NCBI GenBank assembly: GCA_964621645.1
Contig: CAZUMH010000001.1
Span: 26,977-90,976 of the forward strand
Length of the DNA stretch: 64,000 nucleotides
From: an uncultured bacterium
GTDB lineage: Bacteria; Zhuqueibacterota; QNDG01; JAGLOF01
Direction: 5' to 3'
Below are positions 10,045 through 19,599 of the stretch, piece by piece; position 1 is the first letter of the stretch; each line of letters starts with the position of its first letter. Under the pieces are notes generated by a model, which saw nothing but the letters and a program-made list of their open reading frames with translations, was not told the DNA's origin and searched no databases. A program made the translations under genes and the position numbers.

Positions 10045-10878
10045 TCAATCGCGAGCCACCGGCTGATAGACAATTACCACCTGCTTTTCCCCGCAATCGG
10101 GACAGGTGCGGGCCTTGCCTGCTTCCACATTGCCCCCAATGGCTACTCCTCCCCGGAATGCATCGGCGGCGGAAAGACCGAAAATAAACGATCCCGGATA
10201 TAGCTTGCTACACCCGGCGCAGAACAGTCGGCAGGGGCCGTCCGCGGCGCTGACAAAGAAAGGATTGAATCCACCGCCTCCCGGATTCGGTACGCTGTTC
10301 AGCAGGCTCCCGTATATATCACCGAACTCATCCAGACTCAGTGACAGTCCGACCGGTATATTTCTTCCCTGAACAATTCTGGAAAACATCGCCTCATCAT
10401 CGATTATCGGCACTTTCATATCCAGAACGGCCATCATCTCAGCTGATTTCAGCAACCTGTTTTCCGTGTCGGTCAGCGACTGCCGTCTTTTCTCAGCAAC
10501 TTTGAGCACGGAAGGATCCTCTTCGTTCTCGATAATCTCCCCTAAGACGCCATCATCTGCAGTTTTTTCAATCGCGGCGATCTGGACAGTGGTATTTCCC
10601 TGGAAAGCTGTTCTGGCCAGCCTGTTTATATACCCCGGATCGGTGATATGATCGAGCGCGGCGATGCGCACATCTGTCTCCTTGTCAAATGATGCATGGC
10701 TGAAAAGAGCGCGCTGATTAGTCATTCTTGCTACCGCCGCTTTCCGCACATCCGCATTGTTATCGCTACATGCAATTTTTTCCAGAATCTCCTGATCGTC
10801 GACGCGGTCGATTTCAGCGATACGCACTGCGGGATCCGAGTGCTGCCATTTTGGTTTGAATAAGTTGGAGATTGGCAT
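10045..10878 (-). CDS. HEAT-repeat (PBS-lyase-like) protein with C-terminal Cys-rich (CxxC...CxxC) tail
   Basis: Repeated DPAVRIAEI / DVRKAAVARM / DVRIAALDHI units typical of HEAT_2/PBS-lyase repeats. C-terminal CAGCSKL...CPDCGEK resembles a zinc ribbon. Same strand as, and upstream of, the kinase. Confidence 0.55.
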   Translation of the reverse strand: MPISNLFKPKWQHSDPAVRIAEIDRVDDQEILEKIACSDNNADVRKAAVARMTNQRALFSHASFDKETDVRIAALDHITDPGYINRLARTAFQGNTTVQIAAIEKTADDGVLGEIIENEEDPSVLKVAEKRRQSLTDTENRLLKSAEMMAVLDMKVPIIDDEAMFSRIVQGRNIPVGLSLSLDEFGDIYGSLLNSVPNPGGGGFNPFFVSAADGPCRLFCAGCSKLYPGSFIFGLSAADAFRGGVAIGGNVEAGKARTCPDCGEKQVVIVYQPVARD

Positions 10879-11027
10879 AGTAATACTCCATGTTTTAGGA
10901 TTAAGCCCCTTTACCGGTTCAGTATTGTAGTAATATTATCAAGAAACCGCAAGAGAATTATAGCGGAAATTGGATAGAAGAAAGGGCATCGATTTACTGC
11001 TCGTTCAGGGAGGCGCCGCTTTAATGA

Positions 11028-11063
11028 GTGACCCTGTCAGGGTCTGGAACCCTGACAGGGTCA
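11028..11063. promoter_or_regulatory. 36-bp near-perfect palindrome (TGACCCTGTCAGGGTC-TGGAA-CCCTGACAGGGTCA) in the divergent region upstream of the PadR operon
   Basis: Read directly from the sequence. Two 15-bp inverted copies, each internally dyad-symmetric. It ends 50 bp upstream of a sigma70-like promoter. Confidence 0.4.
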
Positions 11064-11113
11064 TAAACGAAAAGTCACTATTCCATAGAACGGAGAAAAA
11101 AATAAAAAAACAC

Positions 11114-11142
11114 TTGCAATACCTAATTGAATTATGTATAAT
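11114..11142 (+). promoter_or_regulatory. Sigma70-like promoter (TTGCAA - 17 bp - TATAAT) immediately upstream of PadR
   Basis: TTGCAA at 11114-11119 and TATAAT at 11137-11142, with a 17-bp spacer and an A-rich tract upstream. The -10 element overlaps the first in-frame ATG at 11141, which suggests a short-leader or leaderless transcript using the ATG at 11153. Confidence 0.35.
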
Positions 11143-11485
11143 GCCTCTAGGTATGGGAAACAACTTTACAAGAGAACTGATCGCCGCTTCGACGATTCCG
11201 CTTATTCTGGCCGTGCTTCGGGAGGAAGAAAGCTACGGATACGCGATCATCAAGCGCGTCCGCGGGCTCTCGCAGGAGACCCTGGAATGGACCGAGGGGA
11301 TGCTCTATCCCGTCCTGCATCGGCTGGAAAAACAGGAACTGATCAAATCCTACTGGTCAAAAGAACAGGGCAGACGCAGGAGATACTATCGCCTCCTTCC
11401 GGCCGGAGTGGCGGAATTGGAGCGGCTTAAGAAGCAATGGACCTCTATCAATTCGACCCTGAACAGGTCATGGGGGCAGGTATGA
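11141..11485 (+). CDS. PadR-family transcriptional regulator
   Basis: Winged-helix PadR signature YGYAIIKRVRGLSQETLEWTEGMLYPVLHRLEKQELIKSYW...RRYYRLLPAG. The track ORF (10970-11485) has an unlikely 57-aa N-terminal extension, so an internal ATG (11141 or 11153) is preferred. The stop overlaps the next gene in ATGA fashion. Confidence 0.8.
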   Translation: MPLGMGNNFTRELIAASTIPLILAVLREEESYGYAIIKRVRGLSQETLEWTEGMLYPVLHRLEKQELIKSYWSKEQGRRRRYYRLLPAGVAELERLKKQWTSINSTLNRSWGQV

Positions 11486-12834
11486 AATTCGACATAGAGC
11501 AGAAAATTAAAAATTGGAAAGACTATCTGAATTCGCGCGGCAGTTTTTTACCTGACGATCTGGAGGAACTGGAAACACATCTTCGCGATGAAATCGACGC
11601 GCTGCAGAAAAACGGTCTGGACGCGGAGGAAGCGTATTTCATCGGCATCAAGCGGCTGGGCAAATCCGATGCCCTTTCCCGGGAGTTTTACAAAATCAAC
11701 GCCCAGTCCCTGTGGAAGCACCTGTTCACTCCTTCCGAACCCGGCGGAAGGAAAGCTGCCCGCCGCGATATCTGGATAATTATCGGTCTCGCTCTGCTTG
11801 CCGGATTTCTCGGGAAAATCCCCGATCTGTTCGGGTACCGGATCAGCAACAAATCCGACAGTCTTATCTACCTGCGGAACCTAAGTCTGTTTTTCATCCC
11901 TGTGATCGGCGGCTGGTTCCTTATTCAGAAAAAAAATTGGGGGACCGGTTTTTATCTGTTCGCGATAATCTGCCTCGGTGGCTTCCTTGCTGTCAATTTC
12001 TTTCCCTTTACAGGCGCGGGACATACTGAAATCTTGGCGGGTATCCATCTGATCATTCTGCTCTGGATGGTTCTTGAACGGCTCTACGGTCCAGGTCAGG
12101 AGATCGCCGCCGGCCGCATGAATTACATCACCTTCAGCGGTGAATTCTTCATCTACTCGGTGCTCTGCTACCTCGGTATCGGTGTGTTTACCATGTTTAC
12201 TATTGCCTTGTTCGAAACGCTGAACATCAGGCCCGATAAATTCATTCTTGAATATATCGTCGTGTTCGGCGGTCTGGGTGTGCCGGTTGTGGCGGTCTAT
12301 CTGGTGGAGAAGAAGAAAGCGCTCATCGAGAATATGGCTCCCGTGCTGGCAAACATTTTCACTCCCCTGTTTCTGCTGCTCATCAGCGGATTCGTCGCCG
12401 CGCTTTTGGGGCGACGATTGAATCTGACCGTTCAGAGGGAAACTCTGATCATTTTTGACTTCCTCCTGGTTCTGGTTTTAGGGCTTGTGCTCTATTCCCT
12501 TTCGGCGCGAAATCATTCAGAAAAGCCCCTCTTTTCCGACTATCTGGTGTTTATCCTGATTCTGGTCACACTTCTCGCGGACGTTTTCGCCATGAGTGCC
12601 ATCATTTCCCGGCTCAGTCAGTTCGGGCTGAGCCCGAATAAAGTGGCCGCATTGGGTGAAAATATCCTTCTCTTCATCAACCTGTCCGGACTGGCGGTGA
12701 CCTTCGGCGGGATCATCTTCAAAGGCAGGGATTTCCGCCGGCTGGAAGTCTGGCAGTCCTGCTGTTATGTGGGATTCATGGTCTGGATGGCCGTCGTGGT
12801 GTTCATCTTTCCCATTGCTTTTCATTTTGCCTGA
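11482..12834 (+). CDS. Polytopic membrane protein with N-terminal 'permease prefix domain' (PadR-associated sensor/permease-like protein)
   Basis: N-terminal cytoplasmic helix LEELETHLRDEIDALQKNGLDAEEAYFIGIKRLG matches the PadR-associated permease-prefix motif. At least 10 predicted TM helices follow. GGGGCAGGT RBS and ATGA overlap with the PadR stop. Confidence 0.7.
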   Translation: MKFDIEQKIKNWKDYLNSRGSFLPDDLEELETHLRDEIDALQKNGLDAEEAYFIGIKRLGKSDALSREFYKINAQSLWKHLFTPSEPGGRKAARRDIWIIIGLALLAGFLGKIPDLFGYRISNKSDSLIYLRNLSLFFIPVIGGWFLIQKKNWGTGFYLFAIICLGGFLAVNFFPFTGAGHTEILAGIHLIILLWMVLERLYGPGQEIAAGRMNYITFSGEFFIYSVLCYLGIGVFTMFTIALFETLNIRPDKFILEYIVVFGGLGVPVVAVYLVEKKKALIENMAPVLANIFTPLFLLLISGFVAALLGRRLNLTVQRETLIIFDFLLVLVLGLVLYSLSARNHSEKPLFSDYLVFILILVTLLADVFAMSAIISRLSQFGLSPNKVAALGENILLFINLSGLAVTFGGIIFKGRDFRRLEVWQSCCYVGFMVWMAVVVFIFPIAFHFA

Positions 12835-12946
12835 GAATAAGCGGATGATTTCCCGGCTTTGAACCTGCCAGAATACGGTAGACTGGTAAAGAAAGACTGA
12901 GATGAAATAACACATCATACATTCAACTTGCACAGGAGAATGGAAT

Positions 12947-14131
12947 ATGAACAGTTCAGAATCCGCATCCCGTGAACAGAGAAAAATGACGAACATTTTT
13001 GAACGCTATCTGACAATCTGGGTGGGGCTTTGCATTCTCTTCGGCATCCTGCTCGGGAAAATCGCCCCTTCCGTGGCGACAACGCTGGATAACATGTCTA
13101 TCTATGTCGGCGATGCACCTGTGGTATCGATCCCCATCGCGATCTGCCTTTTCTTTATGATGTATCCCATTATGGTGAAAATCGATTTTCAGGAAGTAAT
13201 CCGGGCAGGCAAGAACGGAAAGCCGGTGGGATTAACGCTCTTTCTAAACTGGGCGGTCAAACCGTTTACAATGTATGCAATCGCCTTCTTTTTTCTCGGT
13301 GTCCTTTTCAGGGGATTGATCGGCACTGAAGCAGTCGATTTGGTTAAACTGCCCTTTGGGCTGGATTTACCGGTTGGAGCCAGGCATGGAGCCGGAACCG
13401 TTATTTTGCATCAAGGAGTGAAAATGCTGCAGGTGCCTCTCTGGAGAAGCTATCTGGCGGGAGCGATCCTGCTCGGCATCGCGCCCTGTACGGCCATGGT
13501 TCTGGTCTGGGGATATCTGGCTCGTGGAAACGATGGACTCACTCTGGTAATGGTGGCCATCAACTCCCTCACGATGCTGGTGCTGTACGGAGTCCTCGGC
13601 GGATTTCTTCTCGGGATCGGCAGGCTGCCGGTTCCCTGGCAAGCGCTGTTTCTTTCAATTGCCGTATATGTGGCTCTTCCTCTGATTGCAGGATATTTCT
13701 CCCGAAAATGGCTCATCGCCGTTAAGGGAATTACATGGTTCAAGGAAAAATTTCTTCATATCCTGACTCCGATTACCATTATCGCACTTCTCGTCACCCT
13801 GATCCTGCTTTTTAGCTTTAAAGGAGAGATTATCCTTTCCAATCCGCTTACAATTTTATGGATTGCTATTCCGCTTTTCGTCCAGACCAATCTCATTTTC
13901 TGGCTGGGGTATGGTCTCGCCCGTTTGTTGAAATTAAAATATCAGGATGCTGCTCCCGCTGCCATGATAGGCGCTTCCAACCACTTTGAAGTCGCTATCG
14001 CGACATCCACTATGCTGTTTGGGTTGTCTTCCGGTGCGGCCCTGGCAACGGTTGTCGGAGTTCTGATCGAAGTTCCTGTCATGCTGATGCTTGTCAGAAT
14101 CTGTCGCAGGACACAAGGATGGTTTGATTAA
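12947..14131 (+). CDS. acr3: Arsenite efflux transporter, ACR3 family
   Basis: ACR3 hallmarks FERYLTIWV near the N-terminus and [26 protein letters not shown]. About 10 TM segments. There is an unusual ~35-aa insertion before the RSYLAG motif and a 13-aa N-terminal extension. Confidence 0.85.
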   Translation: MNSSESASREQRKMTNIFERYLTIWVGLCILFGILLGKIAPSVATTLDNMSIYVGDAPVVSIPIAICLFFMMYPIMVKIDFQEVIRAGKNGKPVGLTLFLNWAVKPFTMYAIAFFFLGVLFRGLIGTEAVDLVKLPFGLDLPVGARHGAGTVILHQGVKMLQVPLWRSYLAGAILLGIAPCTAMVLVWGYLARGNDGLTLVMVAINSLTMLVLYGVLGGFLLGIGRLPVPWQALFLSIAVYVALPLIAGYFSRKWLIAVKGITWFKEKFLHILTPITIIALLVTLILLFSFKGEIILSNPLTILWIAIPLFVQTNLIFWLGYGLARLLKLKYQDAAPAAMIGASNHFEVAIATSTMLFGLSSGAALATVVGVLIEVPVMLMLVRICRRTQGWFD

Positions 14132-14688
14132 TCTGCTTTTTCTGTTCAGCAGGATTTCATGCCTCTGCGGAGATATAACAGCCATTATATATTTTTTTTA
14201 ATTAGACTCTGAAATAATTGAAAATCCGTTTATCTACGGTTTGACAAAATATGCCCGCCTATGAAAAATTCTTGCGGTTTCAGACCTTTTTTTAACTTCC
14301 CTTATCGCTTTCCCATTCTCAATATAATGCCACGAAAATTTCCACAACCGCGGCCTCTTTTCTCGAGCTGATAGTAACTGCCAATATCATTCGGTTAAAC
14401 ACATGTTCACTGTAGATCTGGAGAAACAATGACAACCTATGAAAAGAGACTTGATAATATAAATAAATTCATCTTCTACTTAATCATTGTCTTAGCATTG
14501 TATCTGATAGGAAAGATACCCGGAAAGGGAATGCCGCTGCTTGAGGTCTCAGTACAACTTCTTGTTATCCTTGCAGGCACATTATCCTATCGGTACTGGC
14601 TTAAAAAAAGTGTATTCTCAGAAAGATGAACGAGTATATCACCTCCCCTCAAGCTGTGCTTGGGACGGAAAAGTAACTCACCACTCTG

Positions 14689-16623
14689 TCAGTTGGATTT
14701 CCCGACTTTCCCCTCACCCCCCTTCATCAGTTTCGCCAATTCTTCCAGTTTTGCTGTCGCGTTTGAATTCTGGGGATTGAGCGCCAGTGATTTCCGATAA
14801 TTTTCCACCGCCGCGTCATACTGCCCGTCATTCATGTACGCTTCACCCAGGCTGTCATAGGTGTTAAACGCATCGGGATAGGCCTTCACGTTGAGCAGGA
14901 ACAATCCGATGGCTTCTTTCACCTCTCTCCTGTTGAGATAGTCATACCCCAGGGTGTTCATCTGCTGTTCCGTGAACAGGATAACGGCCGGATTTGCTTT
15001 TTGGGATCGATCGTAGTATGAAACCGCCGCCTCCACCCCCTCCCGGCGCAGCACGTTCATAAAACCGGGATCGATGCGTCTCAGCACCAGCCAGTAACGT
15101 CTCAGATCATATCTGGGATTTCTGCAGAGGCAAATTGGATCGTTGTTTTCGTAGGGCATGACATAGGGATGAGTAAAGACGGACAGCTCTGCTACTTCCT
15201 GAAATACACTGGACAGCTGTTGCGGGGACAATCCGATGGATATGTAAACATTTTTAAACCGGTGGTGTCTCAACGCTTCGAAATAGAACCAGCTGTTGAA
15301 ACAGATCGGTTCGGGTAGGTTATATTTTTTCCCGAACAAATGGACAGCCCCGGCCTCACCATAATTCTCCGTAATGATCCCGATATCTTCATCCAACTCA
15401 CGGGAGCTCTTTTTATAGGCATCCGCGATCTGATCGGCCATCTCTTCCCAGCCGAAGCGGTCGGCGACATGCTGGGGCAGCCGCTCCAGAGTCGTGTTCT
15501 CATGGCGCACCCCGGCCGTCACGCCCAGGACCGAAGCGTATTGTATGAATTGCTCGACGGGAAGCAGGGGAACGATCATGGGCAGGAGCGGCATGCTCAA
15601 GATAACATACAGGACGGGAAGAGCGATATGGGCAAGCAGTTTTTTATTTTTTTGCCAGGCGCGCTTCTGCAAATAATCTTCTATGCGGACTGAGCCCACC
15701 GCCAGCAGTATCGAGTACATGGGAATGGTAAAATAAAATTTCACTCCCAGGAAAAACGCCAGGAAGAAAACGATCACGTACATCAGCCCGAACAGACGAT
15801 ATCGTTTCCAGGAGGAGGAAAAAAGCAGCAGGATCAGTCCCGTCACCCAGATCGGCATCCCGAAAATATTATTGGGCAGTATCTGACCCCAGAGGAATTC
15901 CAGGAATGACGCCTGATAGGCCACGCCGCCGGAATACCCTGCTATGAAATTGAGATAGTACCAGTTGTGGTGAGATTGCCATATGACAAAGGGCACCAAG
16001 AAAACCAGGGCGATCAGCCCGGCCAGCCAGATCCACACGCGTTTGAAATACACCCGCTGCGGCCGGAGCAACAGGGAGAGGAACAGCGCCGCGCCGAATA
16101 TAAGGATACTCAATTTATTCAGGAGCCCTAGTCCCAGCACCAATCCGAACAGGATCCAGAGGCGCTGTTTATCCCCCTTGACTATTTTAACCAATAAATA
16201 CAGCAATAAGGTTTGCAGGAGAAAATCGAGGCAGTCATAGGTGAAGAGAGCCCCGAATATCAGGTAGCCGGAAAAAAATACTGATAATCCCGTCAGCAGG
16301 ACGGCATACCGTTTTCCGCCCAGTTCTTTGGCGATCAGGCAGGCCAGGACCAGTGAGAAAGCGCCGCAGAGGGAAGAGCCGAAATGCAGGGCCTTGATGG
16401 AATAGCCGAAAACGGCGGTGATCAGCTTGTAGTATAAGGGAGTAAGCGGCAGGATATCCAGATTGCCGAAGTCAAAATTATCGCCGATTGCCAGATAGTA
16501 CAATTCATCTCTGAAATAGCCGTATTCAGGATTAAGCAGGTGGAAAAAAATCTTGGCGATAAACAGATAGGTGATGATGGCCCTGTCGCTGGTGAAGCAT
16601 CGAGCGTCAAATTTTTCTTCCAT
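14689..16623 (-). CDS. Family GT39/GT83 (ArnT/PMT-like) membrane glycosyltransferase with C-terminal TPR repeats
   Basis: N-terminal multi-TM region with a DE-containing first loop (YFRDELYYLAIGDNFDFGNLDILPLTP), typical of ArnT/PMT-type lipid-linked sugar transferases. The C-terminus carries TPR units (YDSLGEAYMNDGQYDAAVENYRKSLALNP). Confidence 0.75.
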   Translation of the reverse strand: MEEKFDARCFTSDRAIITYLFIAKIFFHLLNPEYGYFRDELYYLAIGDNFDFGNLDILPLTPLYYKLITAVFGYSIKALHFGSSLCGAFSLVLACLIAKELGGKRYAVLLTGLSVFFSGYLIFGALFTYDCLDFLLQTLLLYLLVKIVKGDKQRLWILFGLVLGLGLLNKLSILIFGAALFLSLLLRPQRVYFKRVWIWLAGLIALVFLVPFVIWQSHHNWYYLNFIAGYSGGVAYQASFLEFLWGQILPNNIFGMPIWVTGLILLLFSSSWKRYRLFGLMYVIVFFLAFFLGVKFYFTIPMYSILLAVGSVRIEDYLQKRAWQKNKKLLAHIALPVLYVILSMPLLPMIVPLLPVEQFIQYASVLGVTAGVRHENTTLERLPQHVADRFGWEEMADQIADAYKKSSRELDEDIGIITENYGEAGAVHLFGKKYNLPEPICFNSWFYFEALRHHRFKNVYISIGLSPQQLSSVFQEVAELSVFTHPYVMPYENNDPICLCRNPRYDLRRYWLVLRRIDPGFMNVLRREGVEAAVSYYDRSQKANPAVILFTEQQMNTLGYDYLNRREVKEAIGLFLLNVKAYPDAFNTYDSLGEAYMNDGQYDAAVENYRKSLALNPQNSNATAKLEELAKLMKGGEGKVGKSN

Positions 16624-16699
16624 ATACTATCCTGTATTTGGACAGTAAACGGTTTTGCACTCCTGATATTTTTTAAAGAAAAAATTACAATGTCAATAA

Positions 16700-17371
16700 T
16701 CAATTTTCTGTTATTTCAATACCGGAGATGCTCCCTTCCCAGGAAGGGATTCTGGTCGCGAAGGAATCTTTCTTCCCAGTGGGCAGAATTATCGTGACTG
16801 TGTTTGACCGCGATGAACCATAGGAGGCTGCCATCCAACTGACATTGGATTCGAATGTGATCGTTACTTTCACCGTATACGATGTCGAATCAGCAAATGG
16901 TATATTCTTTTCCTTGGCCGTGCTGGTTCCCAGATCATCAGCATAGGTAACTTTTATGACCTCATCACCCCTGGCTCCCCTGTTGTCCAGATAAAAATAG
17001 GCGTTCAGACCGGTGATCCAGCCTCCCTTGGTGAGAAATTCGGCAAGCAATACCCCGGCTTCGGTTTTTACTTTCTCAGGGATACCGTATACATTAGCAG
17101 AAGTATGGATGACACTCTTATCTATTTGCTGCAATACGACATTGGGCAGCAGCATCGCCTTTCTGTTCCGGGCTTCCTGCAGATATTTGCTGTCAGGATA
17201 ATTAGCCATGAAAGTATCATATCCTTCAACTGTATTTTCTTTTATCGCCCTATTCCACTCCTTTTCCATGGGATTGCACGCGGCCAGTACCATTACGAAA
17301 AGCAGTATAATGACAAAGATATTCCTTGAGCATGAAGACCGGGAAAGAATTTTGGACATTTTCATGATCAC
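16700..17371 (-). CDS. Hypothetical lipoprotein
   Basis: Signal peptide plus lipobox (VMVLAAC). No recognisable catalytic motif. Confidence 0.55.
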   Translation of the reverse strand: MIMKMSKILSRSSCSRNIFVIILLFVMVLAACNPMEKEWNRAIKENTVEGYDTFMANYPDSKYLQEARNRKAMLLPNVVLQQIDKSVIHTSANVYGIPEKVKTEAGVLLAEFLTKGGWITGLNAYFYLDNRGARGDEVIKVTYADDLGTSTAKEKNIPFADSTSYTVKVTITFESNVSWMAASYGSSRSNTVTIILPTGKKDSFATRIPSWEGSISGIEITEN

Positions 17372-17551
17372 CCTCCGGATATATTATTAGTATGCAGAGC
17401 AGTTGAGTTTGAAATCGCTGATACAATCCACTGGAACATATGGATTAAGGGATAATCGAAATAAAGCAAATAATGCAGTGGATATAAAAATCTCGCCGGT
17501 AGTCGTTACTATGAGATTTCCACAGTAGAGGATTGACAGCTAATCCAGAAT

Positions 17552-17986
17552 TTAGGAGGTTTCCATATCACCATTCTGAGTAGAAAACATAGCATAAACG
17601 TCATTACCCGCTTTCACCGGATTTTTCGTCTCGGCGTCGATGGGCACCCAGTAGGTAACCGCCTTGGCCAGCAGTTTGCGATCGGATTTCCGCAGTATTT
17701 CCGTGTGCCGGGCAAACCGCCGGTGAGTGGCCTCGCCCACCCGGGTTCGAATCACCAAAGTATCGGATTTTACCGCCGGACGTTTGTATTCTATTTCGTG
17801 TTTCGCCACCACCCAGAGCAGGCTGGTCTTCTGCTCTTCGGTGGCCGCCGCGTACCAATGGGCTATGGCGATATCCTGAACCCAGCGCAGGTACACCACG
17901 TTATTGACATGACCGAGCTGATCGATATCCTCATCCTGTACGGTCAATTCCATTTCGTATGGTTCAACGGTGGACATTTCCTTCAT
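17552..17986 (-). CDS. Acyl-CoA thioesterase, hotdog fold (4HBT / YbgC-like)
   Basis: YEMELTVQDEDIDQLGHVNNVVYLRWVQDIAIAHW is the characteristic 4HBT thioesterase N-terminal motif (D...GHVNN..Y). The product is 144 aa. Confidence 0.8.
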   Translation of the reverse strand: MKEMSTVEPYEMELTVQDEDIDQLGHVNNVVYLRWVQDIAIAHWYAAATEEQKTSLLWVVAKHEIEYKRPAVKSDTLVIRTRVGEATHRRFARHTEILRKSDRKLLAKAVTYWVPIDAETKNPVKAGNDVYAMFSTQNGDMETS

Positions 17987-18142
17987 GATTCCCTTCCCGT
18001 TCCTTCCGGTTTTAGAAGTTGCCGGATTGCTTCACTTCAGTAAATCCGCTTAGGGTAAAATTACTATGAGGAGGATTTTTATCCAAGACAATTTTTCTTA
18101 ACACTTTTTCAAAACAGTGGGAGCAATCCGGATCAGCGGGGA

Positions 18143-18577
18143 TTAATTTTCCAGGGAGTCAGGCAGCGTCTGGATAAATGCCCTGATCTCATCCCTGATC
18201 TTTCTGTAGATGCCGAGAACTTCCTCTTCTGACTTTGCGTACCTGGCCAGAAAAGGTGGATCGGCGAAACTTTTATGCAGTTTTTTCACCGGTCCGGGAA
18301 AAACAGGACAGCTCTCCCGCGCCTGATCGCATACCGTGACAACCCAGTCAAAAGGGATCTGCAGCACCTCTTTCACATGAGTGGAGCGCTGCTCCGAGAT
18401 ATCAACTCCGGCTTCGGCCATGACTCTCACGGCGAGAGGATCCAGTTCCCGCGGCTCTATCCCGGCGGACCAGACGTCGATCCGGTCTTCTTTCAAATGA
18501 CGGGTCCAGCCCTCCGCCATCTGGCTGCGGCAAGAGTTACCGCTGCAGAGAAAGAGTAGTTTCAACTTCGTGCGCAT
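18143..18577 (-). CDS. arsC: Arsenate reductase ArsC, LMW-PTP / thioredoxin-coupled type
   Basis: P-loop LFLCSGNSCRSQMAEG (CX5R). Downstream Cys in VTVCDQARESCP matches the Cys82/Cys89-type relay of thioredoxin-coupled ArsC. The start is taken at MRTKLKLLFL; the track ORF begins 9 codons earlier. Confidence 0.85.
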   Translation of the reverse strand: MRTKLKLLFLCSGNSCRSQMAEGWTRHLKEDRIDVWSAGIEPRELDPLAVRVMAEAGVDISEQRSTHVKEVLQIPFDWVVTVCDQARESCPVFPGPVKKLHKSFADPPFLARYAKSEEEVLGIYRKIRDEIRAFIQTLPDSLEN

Positions 18578-18891
18578 TATCAGTCCCCAGGGCGTAAATT
18601 CCACCTGGCTACCCGTTAGATGGAATTAACATACGACTGAGATGGGTATTCCGCAAGGGAATTCTCAATTACCGCCTGGCGTCGGCCACCAGGCTTGTCT
18701 TTTTTCTTGCTTTTAAAGATCAATATTCCTAAAATAGACACGATTAGGGATTCTTTCTTATTTATTAATCCACATGCCAAATGAATGAAAAAGAAGATGT
18801 TATCCGACCGAAAGGGTACTATGTAACGGACAAAAGGACTGACCCTCGCTGAATGATTGTATTTGTCATCACCAACCCATAAGGAGTGACT

Positions 18892-19599
18892 ATGAACATC
18901 CCGACAAAACTGGTGTGCCTGACGATATTCTCTCTGCTGCTTCTCACCGCCTGCAGCACCAACCGGCTGCATGAGTACACCCTGGAAAATACCACAGCTG
19001 CTGCCGAGATGTCCCCGGCGCCGCGGGCTCAGGTGTTTTCTCACACCTTCTTCGCTCCGAGCGGAAACATCGTTTCCGCGCTGATCGAGGCCGGCACCAA
19101 CATCGCCAAGGAGGTCGAGGCCCAGAAAGCGCAGCGGAAACTGGACAGCGCCATGGTACAGGTGGATATTCCGGAGATTATACGGTACCGGACCCTGCAG
19201 AAATGCAGCCGCCATCTCGAGATGCGGCCGGTGGAAAAACGCGAGCAGGCGGATTTTGTCTACGTGATGCGCATTAAAAAATACGGCATAGAAGCGGAAT
19301 CATGGACAGCCCAGGTCCAGTTTTTAATCGATGTAAACGTGCGTATGATCGACAATGAGAAGGAACTGAAGATCTGGGAACGAAACATCCATGAACGCAT
19401 GGATATCACCGGCTCTATTTTCGGTTTCAGCGAACGGCTGGGCGACGTGATCACGGCAGCGGCATTATCGAAACTGACGGAAGAGCAAATGGTAGAAGGA
19501 TTTGCAAACCTGGCGGAATACGCCGCCGGAAGAGTCGCCGAACGGATTTACGATGATTTTCTTGAATCACGGGAGAGACTGGAGGAACAAACCCAATAG
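18892..19599 (+). CDS. Hypothetical lipoprotein
   Basis: Signal peptide with lipobox LLLLTAC. Charged C-terminal half with no identifiable domain. Confidence 0.5.
   Translation: MNIPTKLVCLTIFSLLLLTACSTNRLHEYTLENTTAAAEMSPAPRAQVFSHTFFAPSGNIVSALIEAGTNIAKEVEAQKAQRKLDSAMVQVDIPEIIRYRTLQKCSRHLEMRPVEKREQADFVYVMRIKKYGIEAESWTAQVQFLIDVNVRMIDNEKELKIWERNIHERMDITGSIFGFSERLGDVITAAALSKLTEEQMVEGFANLAEYAAGRVAERIYDDFLESRERLEEQTQ

Noticed and set aside
10970-11140. N-terminal 57-aa extension of the PadR ORF as given in the track
   Set aside because: The extension runs through a palindrome and a -35/-10 promoter and has no PadR homology. The internal ATG gives the canonical ~110-aa PadR.
14429-14629. 66-aa + strand ORF with GGAGA RBS in the AT-rich gap after acr3
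   Set aside because: It could be a small membrane protein, but it lies in low-complexity AT-rich DNA with no homology or conservation evidence. Left uncalled.
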